This document shows positions 22,601-27,990 of a stretch of 64,000 bases of DNA, in pieces. The translations under genes were made by a program, and so were the position numbers. How positions within the stretch are numbered: the first letter of the stretch is position 1; each line of letters starts with the position of its first letter. Below the pieces are notes generated by a model. That model was not told the origin of the DNA and did not search any database. It saw only the letters and a program-made list of their open reading frames with translations. Source of the DNA: Caecitellus pseudoparvulus (Eukaryota; Protista; Bigyra: Bicosoecida); NCBI GenBank assembly GCA_965644315.1, contig CBFFRQ010000057.1, positions 434,001-498,000 on the forward strand, in the 5' to 3' direction.

Positions 22601-23512
22601 CGCAAGCCCATCATCCAGCACGTAGTACCCAATGTCACCGTTCCAAGTCACCCTCCCTGTGTACCACGCCGGCACTGCAGGCGCCTCACACGCCGGATCT
22701 GCTGCCGCCGCCGTGTCTTGAGATCCAGCATGTGGCGTCCTGGCATCCCCATCGCCAGCACCAGGCGACACAGCCGCACTGCCACCGCCACCTTCAACAC
22801 TCTCCTGCCCCGACCCCGCTGGCACTGCAGGCGCCTCACACGCCGGATCTGCTGCCGCCGCCGTGTCTTGCGATCCAGCACGTGGCGTCCTGGCATCCCC
22901 ATCGACAGCATCAGGCGACACCGCCGCACTGCCGCCGCCGCCACCTTCAACACCCTCCTGCCCCGACTTTGTTTGCTCTGCGGGTCGCTGCTTGTCAGAA
23001 AGTACACCTGAATCACGTTCAGATTTGTTTCTTGGATGGCTTTCATGAGTTGGTGACGTGGTGCGAGGTGGAAGCTGTGGTGGATGAGCTGATGTTTGTC
23101 GCAGTTCCTCTTCAACCTGCTGGCCAGGGGGCTGTGGCGGGTCAGGGCTAACAACAGATGCATGGATGGTTGCGAGCCCTTCTTCAATGGAAGGGCGCAG
23201 CTCGATGTCATCGTATCCGCTTGCCTTCAACTTCAGCTCGTGAAGGGTGTACTTGACTTTCCCTTCCTTGTAAGTTCGCTTGAGGGCGCTCGGGAAAGTG
23301 AACACCTGGCCATCGTGGGCGACGTACTTTTGGATTTCCTCCACCCAGAAAAGCAAGCCAAAGGTTCTGTGGCGCACAACATTCAAGCGAGTTTGCTTGA
23401 GCTTGAGCTCGAACCACTCCTCGTCGCTGTCCCAGTGAACATCCTCTTGGTCTGCACTTGGAACAGTGAGTCCTTCAAGATCGGACACAGGGGGAAATTG
23501 TTCGGCTGCCAT
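4613..23512 (-). CDS. RNF213/mysterin-like giant multi-AAA+ ATPase, putative E3 ubiquitin ligase (6299 aa, single ORF)
   Basis: RNF213-type motifs in the correct order: GGPGCGKT (~16720), GDTGVGKT (~15255), VLFIDELNT (~14330), ITGPPGCGKT (~13300), YQCSQATS, VVVMDEAGL (~13075), MSNSILDAAKTNR, LRDFVYF, MYDLLNRRY, VHQDFRLVV, PSPLLNRFSK. CTD-like segments FVRSWNLL and DIENLARFLLPLIMRGKMRL follow. Confidence 0.9.
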   Translation of the reverse strand: MAAEQFPPVSDLEGLTVPSADQEDVHWDSDEEWFELKLKQTRLNVVRHRTFGLLFWVEEIQKYVAHDGQVFTFPSALKRTYKEGKVKYTLHELKLKASGYDDIELRPSIEEGLATIHASVVSPDPPQPPGQQVEEELRQTSAHPPQLPPRTTSPTHESHPRNKSERDSGVLSDKQRPAEQTKSGQEGVEGGGGGSAAVSPDAVDGDARTPRAGSQDTAAAADPACEAPAVPAGSGQESVEGGGGSAAVSPGAGDGDARTPHAGSQDTAAAADPACEAPAVPAWYTGRVTWNGDIGYYVLDDGLALVSDGNTARVVDVGGVPYKLRGGKWGVKGGKSGSGSAAVSPGAGDGDARTPHAGSQDTAAAADPACEAPAVPAGSGQESVEGGGGSAAVSPGAGDGGARTPHAGSQDTAAAADPAGEAPAVPAGSGQESVEGGGGSAAVSPDAVERDSGTPHAEREGTFEAPAVPVEFKDAVTWDSVIRHYVFHDGAALVSDGKKARMVDVGGVTYKLRGGKWVVRGGKSGSGSAAVSPGAVDGDARTPHAGSQDTAAAADPACEAPAVPAGSGQESVEGGGGSAAVSPGAGDGDARTPHAGSQDTAAAADPACEAPAVPAWYTGRVTWNGDIGYYVLDDGLALVSDGNTARVVDVGGVPYKLRGGKWVVWGSKATDSHKQGSKAQGGLSSDRRSSGAEQDGRGGDELGPLDSVALQALVTKAGSRFGMSAQGGGQLRGLDSEVGVEGIISQEQPAVASRDRGNIDSDSFQTADGSVSDSGFESPIVDPEVLVTLRQRLNHAAQLGNKGSVAFLSHEHADELTDVASWAEHFQEEFAQRVCQALERGAGAAPSEMIGLLPALQVILHCDGIRDEVKGHVVCAFERACKAFFEVATPQQVELETMQPAVIRELWDWTIEIFAVTETYALSAASLLQDCIEQGHVAAAWSVPTQLVLATVVVMLRRARREDDILGWSGLLTAPTSGTESGNLKASTLSALSAVLCLHNEFKGDAGLDAAKELLVQCFDLCTAGADTFESFLGHFVQDFLQEPLCASALAALEESDKKNVLMHVAERYEPLHFADPSAIPGIINKLVRLATTYKAEKGETAILLSISLFKMAWTCLLKVFDEAPEDSRITALCTVLSIDGVPGWFVKQAGAKLWSPENWDWVCGTPGAQLAPLLPLLQVRQSAVIAHQWILSKVLRSVGGVTSEIGSSVEHFVGDSLPVWDKLCKLPADKLGQRLKHPLVEVLSDTLSGPRAPTSDQYKELVAAIAHLLALHASSGAPSTDTVLDTRLGSQSAPVGALRSLLSNMGMLNCDIILQAEHALGSASPSLQDSYRKLCKSLTACFLSSAGDIDTQLEVVKAVLEQIVKTQGALSSVSEDLGLYCLKRIGESGRQAGWLTWHHAPRLAELLLATTASPQLPGMLQSVEGIRKSIRTLLISFQDRSVSVSQVQQWEEEWDDDIALALDSLCVEEPGTFQEARTACEAELADTTALLHEHGAVLILLKDAMPDAELTGLATLDELSEMLLCDATACVREARSALNVTRETYTALRHFSSPLNQLFLSLLSSANERARPRDGESLEKRVDARVSEATKALKELVLADTGTLGDFTGTQLTGLLTDTKFDSADLSTEMRSVATFFQLEPGSSTTSLEARLAALNAGLELWAFKGVIFPSIRALLKFGVWSGDEAGRVESKLSPCINNMAGIQMSNCVVLLDEVRAAFPSCSSVELRGIRALAELQKVADFLHEHDGSLDEKIDIAKKASAANPFVLQLLDKFAGQKDLLANLPHMRAAGAAAHSSLTLDKLRDLLNAAVTNGPFATADQLVISLEELGANWDLLRNALEGVSSGSGNGAILLQAPVFVESGTFIARTSSLGGPASVQLKYSQGESASFVLSPEQLNENAFNARLSRTSVKNQAIDDFIASYEASQLCAKLLSNLQQLGHPAYQAKVGDIPLRVESDEGNLLVATEAFCGFLEEELTAWKEALEKARSLSPHLSHLPRQQLLGLLELVLTMAKDRAAPGGAASGEGTSEPEPDAEKAAVQKDLHLDSLVAVFDLAARIGPAAENRSAVAASMADSCESLAQVTTAREAVNWAAEAFAKALQSAQQYPEEPDPIHASRQQCAGASLRSCLAGCLLHSRAEEDPFPAPYQVLSCSASTTPAEMSDFLSCLACADASFGYAYVLAPNTLPTTVLEQLAAAVAGQPLRVHVHLIFTSPAGEGLFSDLSELQLCPELSEAEIQSLTADIGQNMQHLAGLEVITGGPGCGKTTEALQKLSKVAGSNVSSFHVHEGFTADTLIEAYTTALCGDSSLKVWGLHLSLTEGADLAMLDSILAHLALCNCLGDSAHGTVSGFRPGFKLHVVVELPAIVKHGKQPAWPPEAGTTEPRDHPFLPKLPSLSLLPATWTATHSGLQHIIIDEAWRDACLAIGLASALGGATDPVHQAFQESVKDIREMGRLVRSKLPELTDDACRHILHQGLTSLDVLRALQSQPSAGGGWRTGTPTVGHLGAFVKVLSRLWRKLLEAGEHNAARIPPPADQQMKRRGRGLSHAGTASSIVNLTPTPELFSLQKKHLKAFNAEGFSDENLAKVGALARLVSMCIDDFWRPVLNVILSESCRVATDSSEKVRYGSVFSSVMDTGVKALSDRENKVLDWSIMVSSRDRQEPPATVFGIDSSHPFVLSVCEDRAMDEVKLAHMRMAIAPTLGMLNTSLLQPALESRGFILTPFVLMNMLNVHQRCLSRQPVLMSGDTGVGKTFIMQAYSTVRNATFMQKLNVLPIIALAMRRYLVHATSAAVKAAPEDELDATVEHVAERLAAIGQLRNIEKARAFVAGSEGSGAAATQRGPKWAVPVLAESAFTFNLQTSSSARDLSGAIQAVVEASEGEEQSSFVYMLLFVLAVVLEHSPALSKLIPPEVATLATDAVEHYMKSKAPAPIAMASVKDIKRAGLLPGMNFRDGLLKKLHEKTQELENARSGQAAARRRSRAAAPKLSVTATMLSDAVRLVQAAVTAQPPPQYERHLMHDGVTPDVWRAIVNNAKANVQALTELASDGDDFVYVLFIDELNTAGALHMIAEAFSNHTMDGEPLPDDLFLAGAINPHGFRAGKSKSSVDQTNVPSRLPTGAAHAGAGASEHEHLATTSFVVKHLPGPLERLLVNSPKLTTGVEEAFIAGIKERIMQQASSGRLPNIVAQLRVGAGAVLMQEEAGVMAAFQQGLDAFGSMLSFAQEKVRSYDLNRMHLSFRDLVRATNLFKWLLQLKVHPTLRGSSLPDKTRVVNPFLPPGIHVTSTELLFAHVVQVALVAIGCVYWMRLPGEGHKGYDGSDLPDLRSDFSAALRQHCEGVGIVCEDVATTVSAATRHLFSKISFRPLGLAETVPLLENFFSAVLCVNVEPAMSLLITGPPGCGKTLAVGMCAKNSQGRESGSPLFRQLKRMKVLNYQCSQATSAEEIEALYSTAYEQHAGHTRSGSAHIRLVVVMDEAGLPNEKQHALKAAHDTWDDPNGVPTILMSNSILDAAKTNRCMHVQQTAASSHDMRLLCSALLLLPRNRPSVSRIIVKADEPLEERLQRSYDLVCGIADAFQLVQDAVRCFKWLHLRDFVYFCRFLRYELGQKPLDTLTPKILLLALQRCMQVVESSPDAMDEFEAIARTFMDGRVTSSSETGGVVATPGCGFEVVMSREEVVDMKRQISATELKPDILRAMESNIRAVFADDPSESPHRHTMIIDRSDTEAGVHWLFQRGILQQDLTIEVNVADLGVDAEQLRTAEVLRQVKAAAEGGKTLLLVNCNQVIFTAMYDLLNRRYHTISTGSGHAYYANITIGALSLAVAVHQDFRLVVHVPFWKLPELPSPLLNRFSKFSLSAAQILKASAHSYLESFEFLQGEVAAQSRLLQNVLHGVRDFVAFVCSSQPEAAFTGFDSSETIPALILQVLSKAAESGGTSPAMTDDALALELVERCNMELLSILRPDFVMQSGVLKRLPSSYIDVYMKEQEHFSGAQFLRNAIAASGRGSNARPLSLLTCRSSTGVLQLQQDEERASIMLGCPVVHVTKGHREVKWKEVSDLGSGQPCAFVAALSDCPSAATAEHLVDEFLEVCSRVATADRSPDAVLPTLIFTINEHVHKGSHPQVALMKRMLSRKWGALHERLRAVQPRAVLVLHTGSDERNLVERFPFVPTGLDWQHTVADAVDEVSESDAAAQASADEEAKQWLLAAAQRELSKDISWFKSKLRPSVESGVEEACSNLDASVMGMKAETLAKRGVVLSVAIYQGFPPLRKKAREVMQESVAHGVLLDALMDMFALVWRGLVGTLTSDAAEGVWSAAVTESMVVHLRKRLQDLSFGIVQAFLARSARDFGFEALCKLHTEGSSPLLLEFAAEAVKSVLNIEVGRHVSLTSVSRKHGREKVPSPVVPAAAELPFGFTVLRSLKLVSDACKQRVEGLEEQFALARSLLAADGDVQLGFEHMQSCFELLQERDELMLLLSRDFLKLYCNVVEVDDADFVSEGRHLQGFAKAVVPMMPHEFDHIAGELLQRARALATQHIFPGSVPLTFFLRHRALTRFVSEAIASVYSSRSLGAAPAVPGSGAASGAGRILDAVQAAVEGLHIGPESESQMCEWLGRVAAARQGPCRTAEGVCHDEQLFGKCVQVVCMSEVLMRAPEGILSLLIARTRSAANDPGLRGQLPLDTMLFVLGQFASLSADVPDGFLEEFRCMMSSAFLACFRWILPGCEGGFGSVTAKQAVIRAVLFMESGAALTLPGGKAPVSLLRLLNKDAPSALPCLARVQLLSQLHTHPGFSEQLAQVSFKTGSATFMPTALSIALSRQVAALYGWEVAHLETHASYDLLVWMLAKHTSEHVLRIGPTNTCPLEPAAAEVLSSRHADARSPLDKARFAAQSLVFCELLAAMLGSNPDHESVRARPVKEAMKRLQGASPAWGAVVMAHIAGSERGYDRLTRVLAHESVLKDLGLEAWHLACFAESSEEAKAVCAEFVSTPLSADDFHDKLVALVKACSSKVLALRPALGRCAAGLKSHRCAHWLRSPTTQLVLGLEAAAGDAKLKAEEGMELPGPLLAGAVLHELVDGQHGNSLHFATHIPVMLSFYQWCNEELAGKVSEAEAWELPMVDALSRERLDQVTVDVGRKKLDEFVRSWNLLQATFGMYEAVCGHQAELEQGIPRLSVGNEDGFKQLMVSDVLSFSFTQSEMERALPLRMLRERLVKSQNAMMELDATRHLRAMTALTGINRGGCLLEATHGGRALKHVASTAVSFRELVMHTGEVNPYVDQAEGEGAPLSLVDKLRRLIPFFLRWEADVEYNDVEPGHDSKALEEADILDQQEREAAFDEGRSTQQLMHEQKYSICPNPDCQRLMERTMYCDAGVCGQHSHESAAETAKRLKDEKQSGKKRGCGTRFSYTATRVPKPSPGEPPLDVFLPEKYKLRLSSDEARAKWLAARTAASADSQPFAAGHVSVDIENLARFLLPLIMRGKMRLEVSDLGEDFVFKQKSEQAAPSEVKPVLDVPAGTESKEGSQSDQHEDHAEKEPEAPEVSEAPEVSEEQSLLEQALLLCEEAGVEWKDSKIMASSLTDKQWRELLRSATDSVRKLLEEGILATSLDKALFSGKVSGTSRRLRRLAVGSYRSFVRQFQKHLEKEAAENALPASIMEEVDERLRKIEELVTDSNTKSAQSDLDMLQHLKNALAEASVSWLSQSSSESLLADNQFVHAALYGEKKPKNSMAHVLLGITKADGSAADGVLVGAFVLVTNTIQQLSQRLRAILQSAEDLKQGDSSGMGSRGKYAPKLRFASDASTPDFLDSAPFGHALAADEALKLDAHKQMREQEREAARLEPTGGQAMPQAQSRGGQAMPQPLRTGGRGSSHFGGGHPQAGAAAKKEQPMRRIGQSPGEMPLECEQDVIDALAHLKASALACGTLDDESMHLASRVREALDGDLRDVLSDFNVIQFTNGVDDVVEQHAPSSAGQESKGITLSLTLLGASDPSSDSCFLRSSQRSRRIRLTDSMLGSIPEFQAAVLKGLKKRSPPSEHCFMLKWASIPTPVALNEANFASFQTALRSPSEKGFSVGVVSTDACMQTVPLLLLGLPGDGPTGRELEAQTEIELDIRVRVDVGAIFDLVHVPASSRDKFVVELCTSAGTKAPGSDLSGVVLQSIHVRPRQASYVALYVVSVEEQDAGNMQLAGDANLGLREVLAGPIAVQLDPTQTFAEQVAACYAAVGLPAPEDDSILVLHDADWMDEEWDPETVELGKHVAVEVEEVPHAMPLPDPLCVWGGETVALARPTIALPRHQG
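21515..22970 (-). repeat. Coding mosaic tandem repeat: ~7 x 150-nt (50-aa) Gly/Ala/Asp spacers interleaved with 3 copies of a ~55-aa aromatic module
   Basis: TGCCCCGACCCCGCTGGCAC recurs at 22221 and 22371 (150 nt apart). The module WYTGRVTWNGDIGYYVLDDGLALVSDGNTARVVDVGGVPYKLRGGKW is duplicated near-identically 999 nt apart. Confidence 0.95.
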
Positions 23513-24248
23513 GTTTCAGTGGGCGAGAGTTCCTGTCGATGGCGTGTCACTGCGCTCGTGGGCGAAGACACGACACGTGTGATGCAGTGCTGCACTGTCA
23601 CAAGCACTTGCGGAATGTCCTTGCACTTTGCCTCGACGGACGCAGCGCCGGACAGACAGAAGAAGGAAGGTACAGGAAGAGCACAGAAAACATAGCAGTG
23701 GCCGAGGACGAGATCACTCACAACTCTTGCCAGGCCCTTCGGAGCACCTGCTCGAGGAAACCTGGATTCCCGCCCCACGCGTGCTAACCTTCAAGGTCGT
23801 CCTGCGCCGCGGCACTAGAGAGTGCCTGGCTGATGAGGAAGGGCACAATGCAAAGGGTGCATTCCCTGTGGGTCTTCGAACAGACCTTGGTGAGTTGATA
23901 GTTTTATTTGGATCCTCGCAGTGTTTGCTACGACGTTTCGCTGTGAAACGCCGAGATCTCAGCGTCTTTCATTGCTCCTCTGAGTGGCGACGCAGGCTTC
24001 ACTCAGCTGAGGACTGCACAGTGGCCACACCTACGTGAGTTTAAAGCTCAATCGGCGTGTTTAGCCTCATTCAGTCCGCCGAGCAGGGCCAGCGTCATGG
24101 TCGCCTGCCCAGACACCTCCCATGGCAAACTGCGAGCAAAACTAAATCCCTTGCACAGGCGCTGTCTCAGATTGAGTCTCTGTAGCTTGTGCGAAGTCTC
24201 CACTCTCCTTTCACCACCACAGTCTGTTCAGCTACCACTTTGGCTGCC

Positions 24249-25691
24249 ATGGGTGCAGCCTTCCTTCGTGTGCTGCTTGTGGTTATATTGGTAGCGTTTG
24301 CAGCCGCGATTCCCCGACCCCGGGCAAGTTTGAGAGGACCATTCGTGAAGACATGTTCCTCCTGGTCCACTCCTTATTCCATTTCGGTGGCTGTGAGCGG
24401 GGGAGTGGCTGTGGTGCGCAACCCTGAGGGGTGCGGAACTTCTGCGCCCCAGCCCACCACGCCAGGTGCATTGGCGAGCAGTGTCACGGTACCAGGCATT
24501 TCTTTGCTGGATGCCTGCTCAGGGCGCTTCAAAGAAACTGTCCCAGTTGCTTTGAACGCAAGTACATGCCCAGCAGATGAAGCACCAACTTGCGTTGGAG
24601 GCATTTACGGTGGTTCCATCGGCGGGCGGCAGGTTGTGACGGGGGTTGGCTCGTGTGGCCTCGCTGGTGCCCATCGGCTCGTGTTCAGCTCTCCAATGGC
24701 TCATACCCAGGGATTTGGCAGTGGGCGCTGGACGATGTCACTGCCCCACGGCCAAGCAGGGTACTCAGCCTTAGATGGTGGCAGGGTTTTTACAGTGCCC
24801 GCCGCGGGAACAGAGGGAACCCTTGTTGTTGTCGGTGGAAAGGGTGACTTGGTGGGCATGCATGCTGCCACGGGAACTACTTATTGGGATGGGGTGTATG
24901 TCCCTGGTGATGACATGGCGTACCACTGTCACCTTGATGCGAGCGTGTTGGTGAGTGGGTTGGCTCAGGCTGAGGAGCTGGGCGGCACAGCGAGCGGGAC
25001 ATCATTGTTCATGGGGTGCAGTACCCCCAGCGGAAGCAGCACCGGCCCGACACTGCCGCCAGTGGCCCTCACAGCTGTAAATGCGACGTCAGGCCGTGTT
25101 GCGTGGTTCACGGATCTACAGGAGGAAGTGTCTGGATCCCACCGAATGACGCCTGGTGCCGGCGTGCTACTTGCGGCACTTGGGGCGGAAGAAACTGAAT
25201 TGCTCGCCTCCATCCAAGGTGGTGGGTTGGCCAGTGTGCTAGTGCTGGTAAGCACGGAGTCTGGGGCCGTCCTGCACCACCACGAGTTGCCCCGAGGGGT
25301 CGTGCTTACCGCGGGGGTGGCTCTGGCCAACAGAACGTGGGCATTCACTGCCTCTGTGAATGCCACCACATCGTGTGCTTTCCAGTGGAGGCCTTCCGGT
25401 GCGCAACCCCCGACACAGGTTCAAGGATCGTGTGGTCCAAGCTCTGCAGTGTCCCTAGTTTCGCTGCCACTTGCCGCCGGATTTGGCAGCGGTGGTGCGC
25501 TTGCTTGTCTGGCTTCGAAAACTCAGGACCTGAACTGCGTCCGGCTTTCCTGGCCGTATGATCGTATTGTGTCTCGAACCAGTTTCTCCGCCATTGGGGG
25601 CGGCGCAGTGGTGACCGCCTGCACTCAGCATGGAGTTTTGGTCCGCAGCGACAGTGGCACGCACCACATGCCGTGGAGTGCTTTAAGTTAG
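24249..25691 (+). CDS. Secreted protein with PQQ-like beta-propeller blades
   Basis: Signal peptide MGAAFLRVLLVVILVAFAAA; blade motifs LVGMHAATGTTYW, LTAVNATSGRVAW, VLVSTESGAVL; several N-x-S/T sequons. Confidence 0.65.
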   Translation: MGAAFLRVLLVVILVAFAAAIPRPRASLRGPFVKTCSSWSTPYSISVAVSGGVAVVRNPEGCGTSAPQPTTPGALASSVTVPGISLLDACSGRFKETVPVALNASTCPADEAPTCVGGIYGGSIGGRQVVTGVGSCGLAGAHRLVFSSPMAHTQGFGSGRWTMSLPHGQAGYSALDGGRVFTVPAAGTEGTLVVVGGKGDLVGMHAATGTTYWDGVYVPGDDMAYHCHLDASVLVSGLAQAEELGGTASGTSLFMGCSTPSGSSTGPTLPPVALTAVNATSGRVAWFTDLQEEVSGSHRMTPGAGVLLAALGAEETELLASIQGGGLASVLVLVSTESGAVLHHHELPRGVVLTAGVALANRTWAFTASVNATTSCAFQWRPSGAQPPTQVQGSCGPSSAVSLVSLPLAAGFGSGGALACLASKTQDLNCVRLSWPYDRIVSRTSFSAIGGGAVVTACTQHGVLVRSDSGTHHMPWSALS

Positions 25692-25966
25692 ATACTGCAC
25701 TGACCCACTGTTGTGGGGAAGGCCGCGCTTGGGTTCATCCCTCTGCTGGCAAGGCTCGAGCTTGGCTGAGTGGCTATTCGGAAGCCTAGACATGCTGGGC
25801 GAGAAGTGCCCACAAAGACACGAGCTTTTGAATGCAAGTGCTTTAGGGTTTGCAAGCACCCCTTTGGGCTGTGCCACCTGCCATCGTGAGGAGGGCGCCA
25901 CATGCCACTCGCAACGAATGCTGGATTGTACAGATCCAGACAGCAGACCCCCTGACAGCACAACGC

Positions 25967-27462
25967 TCAGGCCAGCAACCTTGCCACAAAAGCCCCAACA
26001 TCAGCCCTTGCTGCCACAACACCAGGGGGGTCGTAAGGAGTCGCCACATTGCACGCTGAGCAGTGGGCCCCGACATCAGCTTGAACAACGCTGACATTGT
26101 GATGCGGGTTGCCAGCGGCAGGTGCCAGTGCAGTCCACGGGTCCAGTCCGCCATTCACAAACATCACGTTGGACAGTGCCCTGCCGCCCTCGGCGCCAGT
26201 TCCAAAGGCGGCTGCAGTGGCTTGGATGCCTGACGTCACTTCGCCAGAGCTGAGACCGAAGACCTGCAGACACATTCTGAAGAAATGGGGCAGATCCAGC
26301 GACCCAGGAGGCAACGGAGAAGACGCACTTCCGACATGAAACCATCCAAGAGCAGTGCACTTGAGCCAGTAGTACTGCCGCGACCATGAGGAGGGGGGCG
26401 GGTGAAGAGGGGCCAAGTCTGACACAAAAGCGGAGAAGTTGGAGTCCACGCAGCCTCCACCACCAAACACGCGCACCGCCTGAGCCCAGGCATCCAATGG
26501 GGCCAAGGATGTGTCGTTCAGCAGGTAGTTGCAGAAGTACCCGACCAAGTACCTGGGCAGGTTGCTTTGAACAATGGAAAAGCCGACAGTCACATCCAGG
26601 GTGCTGCGCAGGAAGACGTCCACATCGTCCACTTTGGGCGTAAGCGGTGTGCACGTGTTGAAGGCTTGATCAAGCTGGCGCAGACCTTGTGGGCCTCGTT
26701 GAATGGCTTGGGAAACAGCCTTCAATGCCGCCGTTGCTGTGGCGGAGCAGCGAGCGCTGCCTCCAGCCGCGGGCACAGCAAGCGGTTTGAGCACCCGCTC
26801 ATTGTATGCTGTAAAGGCTGCGATGGGGGTTATGGGGGCTGAGTTGGCTATGCTTCCGATGACAGGGCTGGGGAGTCCATCTGCTGTCCCGTTGCGCAAC
26901 CAGGCAGCGAGGACACCGCTGTACGAGCAGCCAAAGGCAACCCAGGGTGCGTCCGGGCTGATGCCCAGGTCAGAGATCAAAGTACGCTTTGCCGATGCAA
27001 TGTCTAGCAAGGCTGTGCGAGGGGAAAACTGTGCCTCTACGAAGGCTGCAGTGGACAAGTTCTCGGTGGGCCAGCTGTGGCCGAAAAACCTGCCTTCAAC
27101 AGCCAGCACCAGCGCTGAGTGCTGCACGGCCAAAGGAAGCACCTGCCCTTCAAGGATGCTCCACCAGGTGGCAATGTCCATCTCCCCCCCGACCATGAGG
27201 AAGACGGGGGCTGTTGGGCCGCCGTGGAAAGTCGCGTTCATCTGCGCGGTGCCGAGAGGCGATAGTTTGGCGGGGTGTGCGGGGAACCAAGTTCCGCAGA
27301 GCACCGCACCAGAACTTGCTGCTTGAACGACCCAGCAGAGGGGTTTCCATGCACGATTGGCTGCTCGATGAACCTTGACTCAAACGTGCTGCTCCTGATG
27401 CCCTTTGCCGCCGCAGCCGCACAGAGCCCAAGGGCCAGCAAGCAGAAGCGTGAGACTCTCAT
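25967..27462 (-). CDS. Serine carboxypeptidase S28 family (PRCP/TSSP-like), 2 exons
   Basis: Signal peptide MRVSRFCLLALGL; intron 27242-27309 (GTGCGG...GCAG); motifs PVFLMVGGE, EGRFFGHSWP, nucleophile FGCSYSG, NGGLDPW, AHC. Confidence 0.92.
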
Positions 27463-27595
27463 TGTGCGCTGACCCACCTGCGCTGCGTAGCCTGTCACGC
27501 TCCAAAAAGCTGGGAGCCCTTCATTGATGGGCTACTTCGTCGCCTTTCGTAGTGTTCGTTGTTTGTGTGCCCGCCGCCAACGCAGCCTGCGAGGG

Positions 27596-27602
27596 AAAAA
27601 AA
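27596..27602 (-). terminator. RNA polymerase III oligo-T terminator
   Basis: T7 run 2 nt downstream of the tRNA 3' end. Confidence 0.85.
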
Positions 27603-27604
27603 CA

Positions 27605-27698
27605 TGCTGCAGGCGAGATTCGAACTCGCTACCGTCGCGTGGATCGGTAAGTAAGGTTTCTTATAAGCACGATGCACATCCTGATGTGCTTCAGCAGC
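27605..27698 (-). tRNA. tRNA-Ile(UAU) with a 21-nt intron (27641-27661)
   Basis: Cloverleaf: acceptor GCTGCTG/CTGCAGC+A; D-arm GCAC-ATCAGGAT-GTGC; anticodon arm TCGTG-CT TAT A|intron|A-CGCGA; T-arm GCGAG-TTCGAAT-CTCGC. Mature length is 73 nt. Confidence 0.92.
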
Positions 27699-27990
27699 AA
27701 TTATTTCTCGCGAAAATCTTGCAAATATATTACTCTGCTTTATTTCAACAAGATGAAGATCGGTAGACTGTCGTCGAAACAGTGGCCCTCCCAAAAATGA
27801 AATGCTGCTAAACCGTGGAACCTGGCTGGCTTCCTCAGAACGCACAATTCCGGCGTAGACATTCCCCTTCAACAGCAGTGCGCTGCCTGGTTCGCATGCA
27901 AGTGCGAGAAAAGAGGCGCAAGTCCAGGACTGTCCATACGCCACCCGATCCAGGCACCTGCACCCCAACCGCCGGCACCTAACACACGAT

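Noticed and set aside
21473-23151. Plus-strand Arg/Cys/His-rich repetitive ORFs (512 aa, 344 aa); array superficially CRISPR-like
   Set aside because: These are antisense shadows of the in-frame coding repeat in the 6299-aa ORF. Unit lengths are multiples of 3, there are no short repeats with unique spacers, and no cas genes.
23871-23886. GGTCTTCGAACAGACC hairpin resembling a tRNA T-arm
   Set aside because: No acceptor, D or anticodon arm could be built around it.
1-24200. Lower-GC block as an endogenous virophage/Polinton or transposon
   Set aside because: No capsid, FtsK-type packaging ATPase, pPolB, integrase, transposase or terminal repeats recognised. The ATPase motifs are RNF213-type.
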